Shown piece by piece: positions 9,096 through 18,945 of a DNA stretch of 64,000 nucleotides. The position numbers were made by a program, and so were the translations under genes. The stretch's first letter is position 1. Each line of letters begins with the position of its first letter. This DNA comes from Candidatus Bathyarchaeota archaeon (lineage in GTDB: Archaea; Thermoproteota; Bathyarchaeia; TCS64): NCBI GenBank assembly GCA_963771885.1, contig CAVYVF010000002.1, positions 384,001-448,000 on the forward strand, written 5' to 3'. The notes under the pieces were generated by a model. The model was not told where the DNA came from. It saw only the letters and a list, made by a program, of their open reading frames with translations, and made no database searches.

Positions 9096-10511
9096 GTGAT
9101 GAAGGCCCGGGTGAACCTCGTCTGCACGGAGTGCGGCTACGCCTTCCCGGCCGACTCGGACAGAGCGACCTGCGAGCGATGCGGGGGTATACTAGAGTAC
9201 ATCTGGGACGAGGAGTACCTCCGTTCAATCGAGTTCACAGGAGAGCTCAAGTTCTGGAGATACAAGCCCGTCCTCCCCCCCGTGAAGAAGCAAGTCAGCC
9301 TCGGCGAGGGGGGGACGCCGCTTCAGGAAGCGCACAGGCTCGCCGATTCCCTCGAGTTAAAAAACCTCTACCTTAAGGACGAGACACGCAACCCGACGAA
9401 CAGCTTCAAGGACCGCCCGGCTGCGCTCATCGTCTCGGACGCCTCAGGGAAGGGCTTCGGGTCAATCGTCTGCGCCACGAACGGCAACCACGGCGCATCC
9501 GTCGCAGCCTACTCAGCTAAGGCCGACATTTCCTGCCACCTCATCGTGCCCAAGGCGATGGATATCGCAAAGCTCGCCCAGATGATGGTCTACAACGCAG
9601 AGATAGTAGAGTCGGGCGAGACCATAGAGGAGGCGATGGGCAGAGCAAAGACGCTCGAAAAGGAGATGGGCTGGTACCAGGCGACGACAGAGCTAAATCC
9701 ACTCTCCGTCGAAGGGCTAAAGACCATCGCCTACGAGATAGCGGAGCAAAGGGGTGATCCGCTCTGGGTAGTCGCAGCCATGGGGAGTGGCGTTACGATA
9801 AGCTCGCTCTGGAAGGGCTTCAAGGAGCTAAAGACGATGGGGCGTCTCAAGACGTTGCCTCACCTCGTCGGCGTACAGGCGGAGGGGTGCTCACCGATCG
9901 TCTCCGCCTTCGCCTTAGGAAGCGACGAGCCAACACAGCTCACCCGGGGCGAGACTGAGGCTGCGGCGATCAGGGTCTCAAAGCCCGTCTTCGGTGAACT
10001 TGCCCTGCGCTCCCTACGGGAGTCCGGAGGATTCGCTACCTCGATAAGCGACGAGGAAATGCTCGCCGCGGGGCGCGACATCGCAAAATTGGAGGGCATA
10101 TTTGCGGAGCCAGCGAGTGCCTCAACGGTCGCCTGCCTTCGCAGTCTAGTCGAGTCGGGAAAGATCGACCGCCGTGACCGCATCACCTGCCTCATCACGA
10201 GCAGCGGCCTCAAGACCGACGATATCCTACAGAGCCTCACAAAGAGGAAGAGGTCACTCGGCCTTGGTTCCATGCTCACGACGAAAGAGAAGATTATGCG
10301 CCACATATTCGACGGCTCTACATACGGATACGAGATATGGAAGGCAATTGGCAAAGGCATGACGATAGGCGCGGTCTACCAGCACATAGCCGACCTCGAG
10401 GATCGGGGTCTCGTCTCCTCGACGGTGAAGGGAAAGCGCCGGTATTATGAGGTAACCGACAGGGGCAGGCGCGTCCTCGTCGCCCTAGACGATCTGCAAG
10501 TGCTCCTCTAG
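9096..10511 (+). CDS. thrC: Threonine synthase (PLP fold II) with N-terminal Zn ribbon and C-terminal winged-helix domain
   Basis: CTECG..CERCGG, SLGEGGTPL, NPTNSFKDR, GVQAEGC, EPASA; C-terminal YGYEIWK...TIGAVYQHIADLEDRGLV...YYEVTDRG. Confidence 0.85.
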   Translation: MMKARVNLVCTECGYAFPADSDRATCERCGGILEYIWDEEYLRSIEFTGELKFWRYKPVLPPVKKQVSLGEGGTPLQEAHRLADSLELKNLYLKDETRNPTNSFKDRPAALIVSDASGKGFGSIVCATNGNHGASVAAYSAKADISCHLIVPKAMDIAKLAQMMVYNAEIVESGETIEEAMGRAKTLEKEMGWYQATTELNPLSVEGLKTIAYEIAEQRGDPLWVVAAMGSGVTISSLWKGFKELKTMGRLKTLPHLVGVQAEGCSPIVSAFALGSDEPTQLTRGETEAAAIRVSKPVFGELALRSLRESGGFATSISDEEMLAAGRDIAKLEGIFAEPASASTVACLRSLVESGKIDRRDRITCLITSSGLKTDDILQSLTKRKRSLGLGSMLTTKEKIMRHIFDGSTYGYEIWKAIGKGMTIGAVYQHIADLEDRGLVSSTVKGKRRYYEVTDRGRRVLVALDDLQVLL

Positions 10512-10571
10512 TAAAAATTATTATAGTTGAAACTATTAGTAGTTGTAACTATAATACTGGTGTTTGTCTTG

Positions 10572-11081
10572 ATGGGCAGCAACGGAAGCAAACTGGACTC
10601 TCGTAGTCTCGCCGCGATGGCGATAATGGGCGCACTAACGACAGTCGTAACGATGCTTGCTTTACCCTTCGCCCCAACGGGCGGTTTCTTCAACTTAGGT
10701 GACGCGATCGTTATGACGACGGCGATCGTCTTCGGCCCAATAGTCGGGGCGGTCTCCGGCGGTGTCGGCTCCGCTCTCGCCGATCTCCTACTCGGCTACA
10801 GCGCCTTCGCCCCGTTCACACTCTTAATCAAGGGGCTAGAGGGTTTCCTCATCGGCACGATCGCCGGAGGCAAGGGCAAGACGTCCCTCGTGAGGCTAGC
10901 GATTGCGTGGGTAGTCGGCGGCGTGACGATTGTCGGCGGTTATTGGTTCGCCGAGGCATTCATCATGGGGCTGGGAGTTCCAGCCGCTAACGCAGAGATA
11001 ATCATTAACATCCCGCAGGCGATAGGCTCAGTAATAGGGATACCGATCGCCCTCGGCGTCAAGTCCCGCCTCAGGCTCTAG
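10572..11081 (+). CDS. ECF transporter S component
   Basis: Hydrophobic; PTGGFFNLGD, GSALADLLLGY, APFTLLIKG. Confidence 0.85.
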   Translation: MGSNGSKLDSRSLAAMAIMGALTTVVTMLALPFAPTGGFFNLGDAIVMTTAIVFGPIVGAVSGGVGSALADLLLGYSAFAPFTLLIKGLEGFLIGTIAGGKGKTSLVRLAIAWVVGGVTIVGGYWFAEAFIMGLGVPAANAEIIINIPQAIGSVIGIPIALGVKSRLRL

Positions 11082-11118
11082 CCCACAGACATAATACCCA
11101 CGCAGCCGATTACAAGTC

Positions 11119-12000
11119 GTGTCCTCAGCCGAGAGAGCCGCCTCACTAATCACGAAGCTAGACCCCCGCGAGCTGAGGATCCTACAAGGCATCGAACTAG
11201 GGATGTCCAAGTACGAGTTTGTCCCCCTCGATAATATAACAAAGTACACTGGTCTGGGCGACGACGAGGTCATCTTCTGGCTCAAGGAGCTTGACAAGAA
11301 GGCTCTCCTCTGGAGGCAGATGGAGGGCTACAACGGGTTCATCCTCAACTACAACAGCTACGACTTGCTCGCCCTGAACGCCCTCGTGAAGGGTGGTGTC
11401 ATCGATGCGTTGGGGATGCCCTTAGGTATGGGGAAGGAGGCGGATGTACTGGAGGCGCTCACTCCCTCGGGAGAGGGTGTCGCCGTAAAGTTTCACAGGC
11501 TGGGTCGCGTCAGCTTCCGTGACACACGCCGGAAGCGTGAGTACCTCTCGGGGCGCCACGGAGTATCGTGGCTCTATCAGTCACGCCTTGCAGCCGAGAA
11601 GGAGTACTACGCCTTATCCCTCGCATTCAACGCAGGCGTCTCTGTGCCTAAGCCCATCTCCCAGAACCGCCACCTCATCGTGATGCAGAGGGTCGAGGGC
11701 CGCCAGTTATCCGAGGTTATTGAGATAGAAGACCCAGAAAGCCTCCTCGACGACATCATCGAGAACGTCCACAAGGCGTACAAGGCGGGGGTTATACATG
11801 CCGACCTTAGTGAGTTCAACATACTCATTACCACCGAGAGCGGTCTCTTCGTAATCGACTGGCCCCAGTACATCCCGCCTAGCCACCCTAACGCCGGGGA
11901 GATACTGGAGCGGGATGTGAAGAACGTGCTCACATTCTTCAGGAGAAAGTACGGCGTGGGAAGGGAACTCGAGGATGCCCTAAGCCTGATTAAGGCTTGA
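11119..12000 (+). CDS. rio2: RIO2 serine/threonine kinase
   Basis: N-terminal wHTH (IELGMSKYEFVP), GMGKEADV, KFHRLG, HADLSEFNI, IDWPQ. Confidence 0.93.
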   Translation: MSSAERAASLITKLDPRELRILQGIELGMSKYEFVPLDNITKYTGLGDDEVIFWLKELDKKALLWRQMEGYNGFILNYNSYDLLALNALVKGGVIDALGMPLGMGKEADVLEALTPSGEGVAVKFHRLGRVSFRDTRRKREYLSGRHGVSWLYQSRLAAEKEYYALSLAFNAGVSVPKPISQNRHLIVMQRVEGRQLSEVIEIEDPESLLDDIIENVHKAYKAGVIHADLSEFNILITTESGLFVIDWPQYIPPSHPNAGEILERDVKNVLTFFRRKYGVGRELEDALSLIKA

Positions 12001-14083
12001 GAGCTATTTTCACGTCTAGCGCCTGGCAACCCTCGCCCTCTCTATAGACGAGTATGGGGTTGATGTCCATCTCGGATATTTCGGGGTAGGCAGTGACGAG
12101 CTGGCTGACGCGGAGAATCGTCTCTTGGAGAGCCTTTATATCGGCTGGCGGCTCACCGCGTATCCCCTTGAGGAGGGTGTAGGACTTGGTGTCCTTCACG
12201 ATGCCCTCGGCGTCGCGCGGGCTCATCGGGGCGATCCTGAAGGCGACGTCCTTGAGAAAGTTGACGTAGATGCCTCCGAGTCCAAACATTACCATTGGGC
12301 CGAACTGGGGATCGCGACTCATGCCTATTATCATCTCCCTGCCCTTTGGCACCATCTTGTCAACGGAAACGCCGTATATCTTCGCCTCTGGGTGCGCCGT
12401 GCGGCTCTTCTCCATGATCTCGGCGAATGCCTTGCGAACCATCTCTGGAGTGGTTATATTGAGTACGACGCCGCCGATATCGGTCTTGTGGAGGATATCC
12501 GGGGACACTATCTTCATGACGACTGGGTAACCCATCTCCGCGGCGCGTTTGATAGCGTCCTCTGTCTTCTCAGCGAGCACACACGGGGGGGCGGGTATCC
12601 CGAACGCGCGCGCTACGTCGGCCGCTTCGGGTGGAAGCAGCACATTCCGGTTATCCGCTCTGACCGCCTTGAAAATGGCGTCTACCTTCTTCTTATCTAC
12701 GGAGTAGTTTGACGGCTTCTCGTCGGGTAGCTTGAGGTACCTCTGGTAGCGGTAGATGGCGTCCGCGGTTCTTATCGCCTTCTCAGGGAAGTCGAAGCAG
12801 GGTATCCCGTTTCCTTTCAGGTGCTTCGCGGCACTCTCGACCTGTTCGCCCCCCATGAAGACGGCTAACATCGTTTTCTCCGGGTGCTTCGCGTGGAGCC
12901 TGACCATCGCGTCTGCCGTGGCCATGCTGTCGGTCATCGCCTGCGGCGTTAGGAGGACAACTACGAGGTGTACGCCCTGGTCCCAGAGCGCCTCCTCGAT
13001 GGCGAAGGCGTAGCGGTCTGCGCCGGCGTCGCCGAGGACGTCGATCGGGTTGCCCGTCGAAGCTGCGGCGGGTAGCCCCTTCTTGAGCTTCTCCTTCGTC
13101 TCGCCCTTGATCTCGGAGACCTTGAGTCCGAGGCGCTCGACGAGGTCGGTTGCGAGTATCCCGGGGCCGCCGGCGTTGGTGACTATTGCGATACCCTCGT
13201 CCTTGGGTAGTGGTTGCTCTACGAAGGCGATGGCGTAGTTGAATAGGTCCTCCATCGTGTCGGCGAGTATGACGCCAGACTTCTCGAAGGCCTTTTGATA
13301 GGCGAGGAAGCTGCCGACGAGAGCGCCGGTGTGACTGCCCGCCGCTTTTGCGCCTGCACTGCTTGTGCCGCCCTTGACGACGAGCATCGGTTTCTTCTTC
13401 GTGACCCTGCTCGCGACCTCGATGAACTTGGCGCCCCTCTCTATTGACTCGAGGTAGAGAAGTATTACCTTGACGTCGGGGTCGTCTGCCATGGCCTCTA
13501 TGAAGTCGACCTCGTCGAGGTCGGCCTTGTTACCGAGGCTGATGAAGCTGTGGAACCCGATCTCCTTCTTTATGATCCAGTCGAGGATGGCTGTGCCGAG
13601 TGCGCCGCTCTGGCTGATGAACCCGATGCCGCCCCTCTTTGGGAGCGCTGCGGCGAAGCTGAGGTCGAGGGGCGCCCACGTGTTTATCGCGCCGAGGCAG
13701 TTGGGGCCTTGTATCCTGATCCCGTGCTTGTGAGCTAGGTCCGCAACGTGCTTCTCGAGCTCCGCGCCCTCCTTGCCCGTCTCCTTGAAGCCGGCGCTGA
13801 TGATGATCATCGACTTGACGCCCTTCTCACCGCATTCCTCGACGACGGGTGGGATGAGCTTCGCGGGTATCGCGACGACTGCTAGGTCGACGTTATCCTT
13901 TATCTCCTTGACGGATGTGTATGCTTTGAGGCCGAGTATCTGACCCCCTTGAGGGTTGATAGGGTAAATCTTCCCCTGGTAGCCACTCTTGAGCATGTTC
14001 CTCACGAGGATGTAGCCAACCTTGTTTGGTGTCGCCGAGGCTCCTATGATCGCCACAGACGATGGTCTAAATATTGAGTCCAA
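11990..14083 (-). CDS. ADP-forming acetyl/acyl-CoA synthetase, fused alpha+beta subunits
   Basis: GPNCLG, SQSGAL, SHTGAL, NPIDVLGDA, then ATP-grasp KIVSPDILHKTDIGGV, DPQFGP, EMDINP. Confidence 0.93.
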   Translation of the reverse strand: MDSIFRPSSVAIIGASATPNKVGYILVRNMLKSGYQGKIYPINPQGGQILGLKAYTSVKEIKDNVDLAVVAIPAKLIPPVVEECGEKGVKSMIIISAGFKETGKEGAELEKHVADLAHKHGIRIQGPNCLGAINTWAPLDLSFAAALPKRGGIGFISQSGALGTAILDWIIKKEIGFHSFISLGNKADLDEVDFIEAMADDPDVKVILLYLESIERGAKFIEVASRVTKKKPMLVVKGGTSSAGAKAAGSHTGALVGSFLAYQKAFEKSGVILADTMEDLFNYAIAFVEQPLPKDEGIAIVTNAGGPGILATDLVERLGLKVSEIKGETKEKLKKGLPAAASTGNPIDVLGDAGADRYAFAIEEALWDQGVHLVVVLLTPQAMTDSMATADAMVRLHAKHPEKTMLAVFMGGEQVESAAKHLKGNGIPCFDFPEKAIRTADAIYRYQRYLKLPDEKPSNYSVDKKKVDAIFKAVRADNRNVLLPPEAADVARAFGIPAPPCVLAEKTEDAIKRAAEMGYPVVMKIVSPDILHKTDIGGVVLNITTPEMVRKAFAEIMEKSRTAHPEAKIYGVSVDKMVPKGREMIIGMSRDPQFGPMVMFGLGGIYVNFLKDVAFRIAPMSPRDAEGIVKDTKSYTLLKGIRGEPPADIKALQETILRVSQLVTAYPEISEMDINPILVYREGEGCQALDVKIALKP

Positions 14084-14281
14084 CTGTGCCGTCGCGTCTC
14101 ACCTATCTTTTACGAGGGCGTTCACCTGACATACGGTCCTACCAATAAAAATGTTGACTATTTACCATACACGTGTTGAGTTGATCATTCACGCCATTTC
14201 CGAGGAATATTTTGATGAATCAGAGAATTTGCACGCCTCAGCCGGAGCAGAAAGTTGTTAAATGAAAATCGTATTTACTTT

Positions 14282-15322
14282 ATGATCACCGTGTCTACCA
14301 AGCCAAAGGTCTTCGGTCATCTGCTCGTCGACGTCGTGCGCCCGGGGCTATGTGTCGCGTGTGGCTCCTGCGCCTCGGCCTGCCCAGTCGATGCGATAAA
14401 CCTCGTCGAGGAAACGCCAAAACTGGTCGGGAAGTGCACGGCGTGTGGGGTGTGCTACGTGAGCTGCCCGAGGACGGAGCACGGATTCACCGAGCTTGAG
14501 ACGCAGGTACTGGGTAGGGCTAGACTGCCTGAGGAGGTGTGTAATGGCGTCGTCAATGGGGCATATGCAGTTAGGTCGCTTGACGAGTCAATGAAGGAGC
14601 ATGTTCAGGACGGCGGCGCAGTGACCGCGATACTTCTCAAACAGGTGACGACCGGTGGCGGCGCTGTGGTGGCTGGGGTGGATGAGGAGAAGCCGTGGTT
14701 TCCCGTGCCGGTTCTCGCCGATGACAGGGAGAAGATCATCGAGTGCGCAGGGACGAAATACACGTCCGCGCCCATGATCACGGCGCTTAAGCAAGCGGAG
14801 AGGGATGGCCTCGACAAGGTCGCCTTCGTAGGTACACCATGCCAGATACACGCTCTCCGCCGGCGTAAGAACAAGGTCGACGCCCTTGCCATCGGCCTCT
14901 TCTGCATGGAGACGTTTGACTACAACAAGTTGATGGCGAACCTGCGGGAGCAGGGAGTCGATCCTGCAAAGGTCACGAAGTTCGAGATCAAGAGCGGAAA
15001 GTTCATCGCCCACAGGCCCCCAGAGGCGCCGTACGAGGTGAAGATTAGGAAGCTCAAGGAGCTCTCGCGCCCCTGCTGCCGTGTCTGCCAGGACTACACC
15101 TCCGAGCTGGCGGACATCTCCGTTGGGAATGTGGGCTCTCCCGATGGTTACTCCACCGTGCTCGTGAGGTCGGTGAATGGGAAAACAGCGCTCGAAGCCG
15201 CCGAGAAAGCAGGGCTCGTGGAGATTAAGCCGCTCAGCGACTATCAGCCCGGCATGGGGCTAGTAGACAAACTAGCTGACATGAAGAAAAAGGAGAACGT
15301 CCCGAAGCCGCTAGATCAGTAG
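14282..15322 (+). CDS. Coenzyme F420 hydrogenase/dehydrogenase beta subunit (FrhB family) with N-terminal 2x[4Fe-4S]
   Basis: CVACGSCASACP, CTACGVCYVSCP, QDGGAVT, GTKY, VGTPCQ, IGLFCME, ADISVGNVGS. Confidence 0.9.
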   Translation: MITVSTKPKVFGHLLVDVVRPGLCVACGSCASACPVDAINLVEETPKLVGKCTACGVCYVSCPRTEHGFTELETQVLGRARLPEEVCNGVVNGAYAVRSLDESMKEHVQDGGAVTAILLKQVTTGGGAVVAGVDEEKPWFPVPVLADDREKIIECAGTKYTSAPMITALKQAERDGLDKVAFVGTPCQIHALRRRKNKVDALAIGLFCMETFDYNKLMANLREQGVDPAKVTKFEIKSGKFIAHRPPEAPYEVKIRKLKELSRPCCRVCQDYTSELADISVGNVGSPDGYSTVLVRSVNGKTALEAAEKAGLVEIKPLSDYQPGMGLVDKLADMKKKENVPKPLDQ

Positions 15323-15973
15323 CCCCTTCTGCTTCGCCCTTTCAATCAGCGTCTTCTTGACGTCTTCGCGGAGCGGGCGCGGCTTGCCAACGAGCATGAC
15401 CTCGTAGTGGAGTTTGGCGAGGAACTCCGCCATCTTGGCGTTCGCTGCCGCTTCCTCGATTGTCTTACCTATCGTCGTCAGACCATGGTGGGGCATTAAG
15501 CAGGCGATATGGTCCTTCATAGTCTCGACGAGGTTGTCTGCCAGCTCGTCAGTGCCTGGTGGCGCGAACTTTGAGACAGGTATCCCCTTGGCGAGGGCAG
15601 GGGCCTCGAATATCTCGATGCCCATTGGTATGATCTCCTGCTCGAGGATCGAGAGTATAGTGCAGTACTGGGGGTGGACGTGGACTACGCCGCCCGACTC
15701 GGGCCACTGCTTGTAGAGGCGTGTGTGGAAGGGCGTCTCGATGCTCGGCTTATCCTTGCCCTCGAGGACCTTACGCGTCTCGATGTCAACGACAATGAAG
15801 TGGTGGGGCTCAAGGTCGCCGAAGCTGTACCCGCTCGGCTTGATGATGCAATTATTTGTTCCCGGGATCCGGGCGCTGATGTTACCTGATGTGCCGTGTG
15901 TGAGCTTCTGGTCCCAAATCTGCCTACCGACCTTAGCAAGGCGTTCTCTGAGGTCCTTCTCGACGATGTCCAT
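15311..15973 (-). CDS. Class II aldolase/adducin family protein
   Basis: GTSGNISAR, KPSG, KPSIETPFH, HVHP, PHHG. Confidence 0.9.
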   Translation of the reverse strand: MDIVEKDLRERLAKVGRQIWDQKLTHGTSGNISARIPGTNNCIIKPSGYSFGDLEPHHFIVVDIETRKVLEGKDKPSIETPFHTRLYKQWPESGGVVHVHPQYCTILSILEQEIIPMGIEIFEAPALAKGIPVSKFAPPGTDELADNLVETMKDHIACLMPHHGLTTIGKTIEEAAANAKMAEFLAKLHYEVMLVGKPRPLREDVKKTLIERAKQKGLLI

Positions 15974-16006
15974 GGACTAATCAAATACGAGACGGCCGCT
16001 GCGTGT

Positions 16007-17494
16007 TTATAAGACTCCCGAAAGGTGTCTGCGCGTCTCTATCCAGGACTCGTATAGCTTAGCGTATTCCTCGGCGAGGGCGGCGTCTGGCTTATAGGGC
16101 TCCTCCATGTGAACCATTCCTCTGATAGCTACCCTCATGTCCTTGTGAATGCCTGCTCCTACTGCGGCGCATATCGCGGCGCCGACAGCAGTCGCGTCAC
16201 GCTCCACTGGTACCTTTATGGGAGCATCGAGGACGGCGGCCTGAATGTTGCTCCATATTTCAGCCTTCGAGTTGCCACCGCAGAACCCGAGCGTCCTCAC
16301 CTTCGCCCCTGTGATCTCGGTTAGCTGTTTGAGGTTCGCTTTGACGGCGTAGCAGTTTGCTTCCAGTATCGCGCGGGCGAGGTCACCACGGGTGAAACGA
16401 GAGGAGCCGAGGATCGTAGGAGGCACCGGGGAGTCGCCGAGTGTATCACCCTGCCAGTATGGTGGCCCGGCGTTGAAGACGTGCGGACCCATGTAGACCT
16501 TGACGCCATTCGAGCCGGGTGGCGACCCCGCGGCGAGGGCGTTCATCGTCTCGTAGATCCTGAGCGACGGCTTCTCGCAGAGGATGTTGTCCCTGAACCA
16601 CCTATAGACCCACCCGGTGCGGCCCGCGTTGCTCTCCAGTATCCACCTGCCGTCTACAGCGTGCATGTTCGTCCACGTGCGACCACCGTTGTCGAGTATG
16701 GGCTTCTCGGTGACCATCTGGACGGGCGTCGTCGTGCCTCCGACGACTACTACATCACCGGGGTTGACAGCGCCACATCCTATTAGGCCGCACTGCGTAT
16801 CGGCGCCACCGACCACGACGGGTGTGCCCTCGACGAGTGTAGTACCCTTCGCCGCTTTTTCAGTTATCTGGGCGACTCGAGTGGTGTTCTTAACGACCTC
16901 GGGGAAGATGCATGAGGGGAGTTTCAGTTCATCTATGAGTCCCCATGCCCAGTCGCCTTTCTCGACGTCGAATAGGCTCGTCTCGCAAGCGCTGGAGCCC
17001 TCCGTGTAGGGTACGCCTCCGAGCATATAGCCCGCCCAGTCGCTAATCATGAGGAAAATGTGCGCCCTGTTGAGTACCTCAGGGTGTCTGTCCCTGAGCC
17101 AGGCTAGCTTCGCGGCTGCTATCCATCCGGAGACGGGCCAGTGGCCGGAGACGCGGTACATCTTCTCGCCTAGGCGCTTGTTCAGATCGTCTCCGTGTGC
17201 GTAGACGTCTGGAGTGAACCTGAGCAGTATCTCCTTGCCTCGTTTGTCGAGGAGGACGAACTCCTCTCTCATGCTAGTCGTGCTGATCCCTGCGACATCG
17301 CCGGGCTCAATCTCTGAGCCCGCGATGGTCTTCCTGATGACTTTCTTTATGGCGCGCCAACCGATGTCGGTGTTCCAGTCGTCACGGTTCCACTCGACGC
17401 CCGCCTGGGACACGATCTTGCCCTTGATGTCGACTAGAAAGCATTTAACACCGCCGGAGCCGCAGTCTATCGCCATCAGGTGGTCTGCGGACAA
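16007..17494 (-). CDS. FGGY-family carbohydrate kinase
   Basis: IDCGSGGVK, GGADTQCG, GGTT, CGGNSK, ATAVGAA. Confidence 0.9.
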   Translation of the reverse strand: MSADHLMAIDCGSGGVKCFLVDIKGKIVSQAGVEWNRDDWNTDIGWRAIKKVIRKTIAGSEIEPGDVAGISTTSMREEFVLLDKRGKEILLRFTPDVYAHGDDLNKRLGEKMYRVSGHWPVSGWIAAAKLAWLRDRHPEVLNRAHIFLMISDWAGYMLGGVPYTEGSSACETSLFDVEKGDWAWGLIDELKLPSCIFPEVVKNTTRVAQITEKAAKGTTLVEGTPVVVGGADTQCGLIGCGAVNPGDVVVVGGTTTPVQMVTEKPILDNGGRTWTNMHAVDGRWILESNAGRTGWVYRWFRDNILCEKPSLRIYETMNALAAGSPPGSNGVKVYMGPHVFNAGPPYWQGDTLGDSPVPPTILGSSRFTRGDLARAILEANCYAVKANLKQLTEITGAKVRTLGFCGGNSKAEIWSNIQAAVLDAPIKVPVERDATAVGAAICAAVGAGIHKDMRVAIRGMVHMEEPYKPDAALAEEYAKLYESWIETRRHLSGVL

Positions 17495-17500
17495 CTAAGC

Positions 17501-18586
17501 TCAGTGCTCCAGGACCTTGGGATTTGCTATCTGAGCCCTTCGAATCTCCTCACCATGGAGGTACTTGGCGGTCGCCTCCGCGACCTGCTGGTAGCCGCGC
17601 ATCTCCACCTCGGGGGAGCGCCCAGCGGTGTGGGGTGTGACGGTGACGTTATCCAGTTTCAGCAAGGGGTTATCCGGTTTGACGGGATCCTCCTCGAAGA
17701 CGTCCAGGGCAGCGCCCGCTATTCGCTTTTCCTTCAGCGCATCGTAGAGCGCCTTCTCGTCGATTATCTCACCCCTGGCTGAGTTGATGATCGTCGCCGA
17801 CTTTTTCATCATGGCGATGCGCTCGGCGTTTATCATATGGGTGGTCTCAGGCGTAAGCTTCGCGTGTATGGATATGAAGTCGGATGTGCGTAGGAGAGGC
17901 TCCAGCTCCACCTTAGCGCAGCCATCCTTGGCGAGTGCCTCAGCATTGATGTAGGGGTCGAAGACCTGCACGTTCATGTCGAAAGCGTGAGCCCGCCGTA
18001 AGACGCGTCTCCCGACTTCGCCAAAGCCGATCAGGCCGAGCGTCTTGCCCTCTAGTTCCTGGAAGGCGTACTGCCCGAGATACTTCCTTCCCATCTTCTC
18101 GACATCGGTGAAGTAGATGCCGGTCTTGAGCGCCATGTTGTGACGTGCGATGTGGCGTGACTCGGAGAGTATGAAACCCATCGTCTGGTCAGCGACCGAG
18201 ATGGCGTTCCTCCCGACTGTGCCTATGAGCATAATCTTGCGCGCGGTGGCGGCTACGGCGTCGACGTTCACTGGCCCGCCACGAGCGATACCGATCATCT
18301 TCAGGGCGGGATCAGCATCCATTACGGAGGCGGTCATCGGCGCAAAGCCGCTCAACACGATCTCGGCGCCTTTTATGCTCTCCTTGATGAACTCGGGGTC
18401 GCCATAGGCCTCCTTAACGTTCTCGATGACCTCTGTGGACCACTTGAAGGTACCAGCGCGGTTCTCAAGGTAGACGATGTCGTGCTTGGGGTAGTCTGAG
18501 TCAAGGCTGTCCCTCAACATCCCCTCCCAGATCGATTTAGCATCGACTTTCGACCACGAGTCGTAGAGTACAACGATCTTCGCCAT
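17501..18586 (-). CDS. D-isomer-specific 2-hydroxyacid dehydrogenase
   Basis: RGGPVNVD, GRNA, GLIGFGEVG, NSARG, TPHTAG; ATG at 18586 follows a GGAGG site. Confidence 0.88.
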   Translation of the reverse strand: MAKIVVLYDSWSKVDAKSIWEGMLRDSLDSDYPKHDIVYLENRAGTFKWSTEVIENVKEAYGDPEFIKESIKGAEIVLSGFAPMTASVMDADPALKMIGIARGGPVNVDAVAATARKIMLIGTVGRNAISVADQTMGFILSESRHIARHNMALKTGIYFTDVEKMGRKYLGQYAFQELEGKTLGLIGFGEVGRRVLRRAHAFDMNVQVFDPYINAEALAKDGCAKVELEPLLRTSDFISIHAKLTPETTHMINAERIAMMKKSATIINSARGEIIDEKALYDALKEKRIAGAALDVFEEDPVKPDNPLLKLDNVTVTPHTAGRSPEVEMRGYQQVAEATAKYLHGEEIRRAQIANPKVLEH

Positions 18587-18611
18587 ATTTGCCGCCTCCC
18601 AACATTTCCCC

Positions 18612-18633
18612 GGGAACACTATTATGTGTTTCC
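18612..18633. promoter_or_regulatory. Imperfect palindrome upstream of the dehydrogenase-kinase-aldolase operon (candidate operator)
   Basis: GGGAACAC-TATTAT-GTGTTTCC, 26-47 nt upstream of the start codon. Confidence 0.35.
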
Positions 18634-18890
18634 AACAACCCCCGGGCATGGATGGAAACGATGTCCATGTTACGAATTAGTTGTGTATGATAAGCGGTTT
18701 ATGGACACGTTTCACGTCTGAAACAGGTAAACGCGACCCTTTTCGGGCTTATCCCTCTCAGAAATGTTTTACGCCTTATAATAGTTAAGTATCAATACTA
18801 TAGCCTAAAACAATGTCCCGTGGCTCGGTGTAAGCGGTTCTCTATTGTCAAGCTCGTTTAGAAAATGCATAGGTTTAACCTCTGGTAACC

Positions 18891-18936
18891 CCGCCGTAGT
18901 AGAGTACAAGGCGCCTCGTGGGTGCCCTATACGCGG
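18891..18936 (+). promoter_or_regulatory. Predicted structured 5' leader of the CxxC-x17-CxxC gene
   Basis: Outer stem CCGC(C)GTA/TACGCGG, inner stem GGCGCCT/GGGTGCC; the 3' arm overlaps GGTGA. Confidence 0.4.
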
Positions 18937-18945
18937 TGAAATGAA

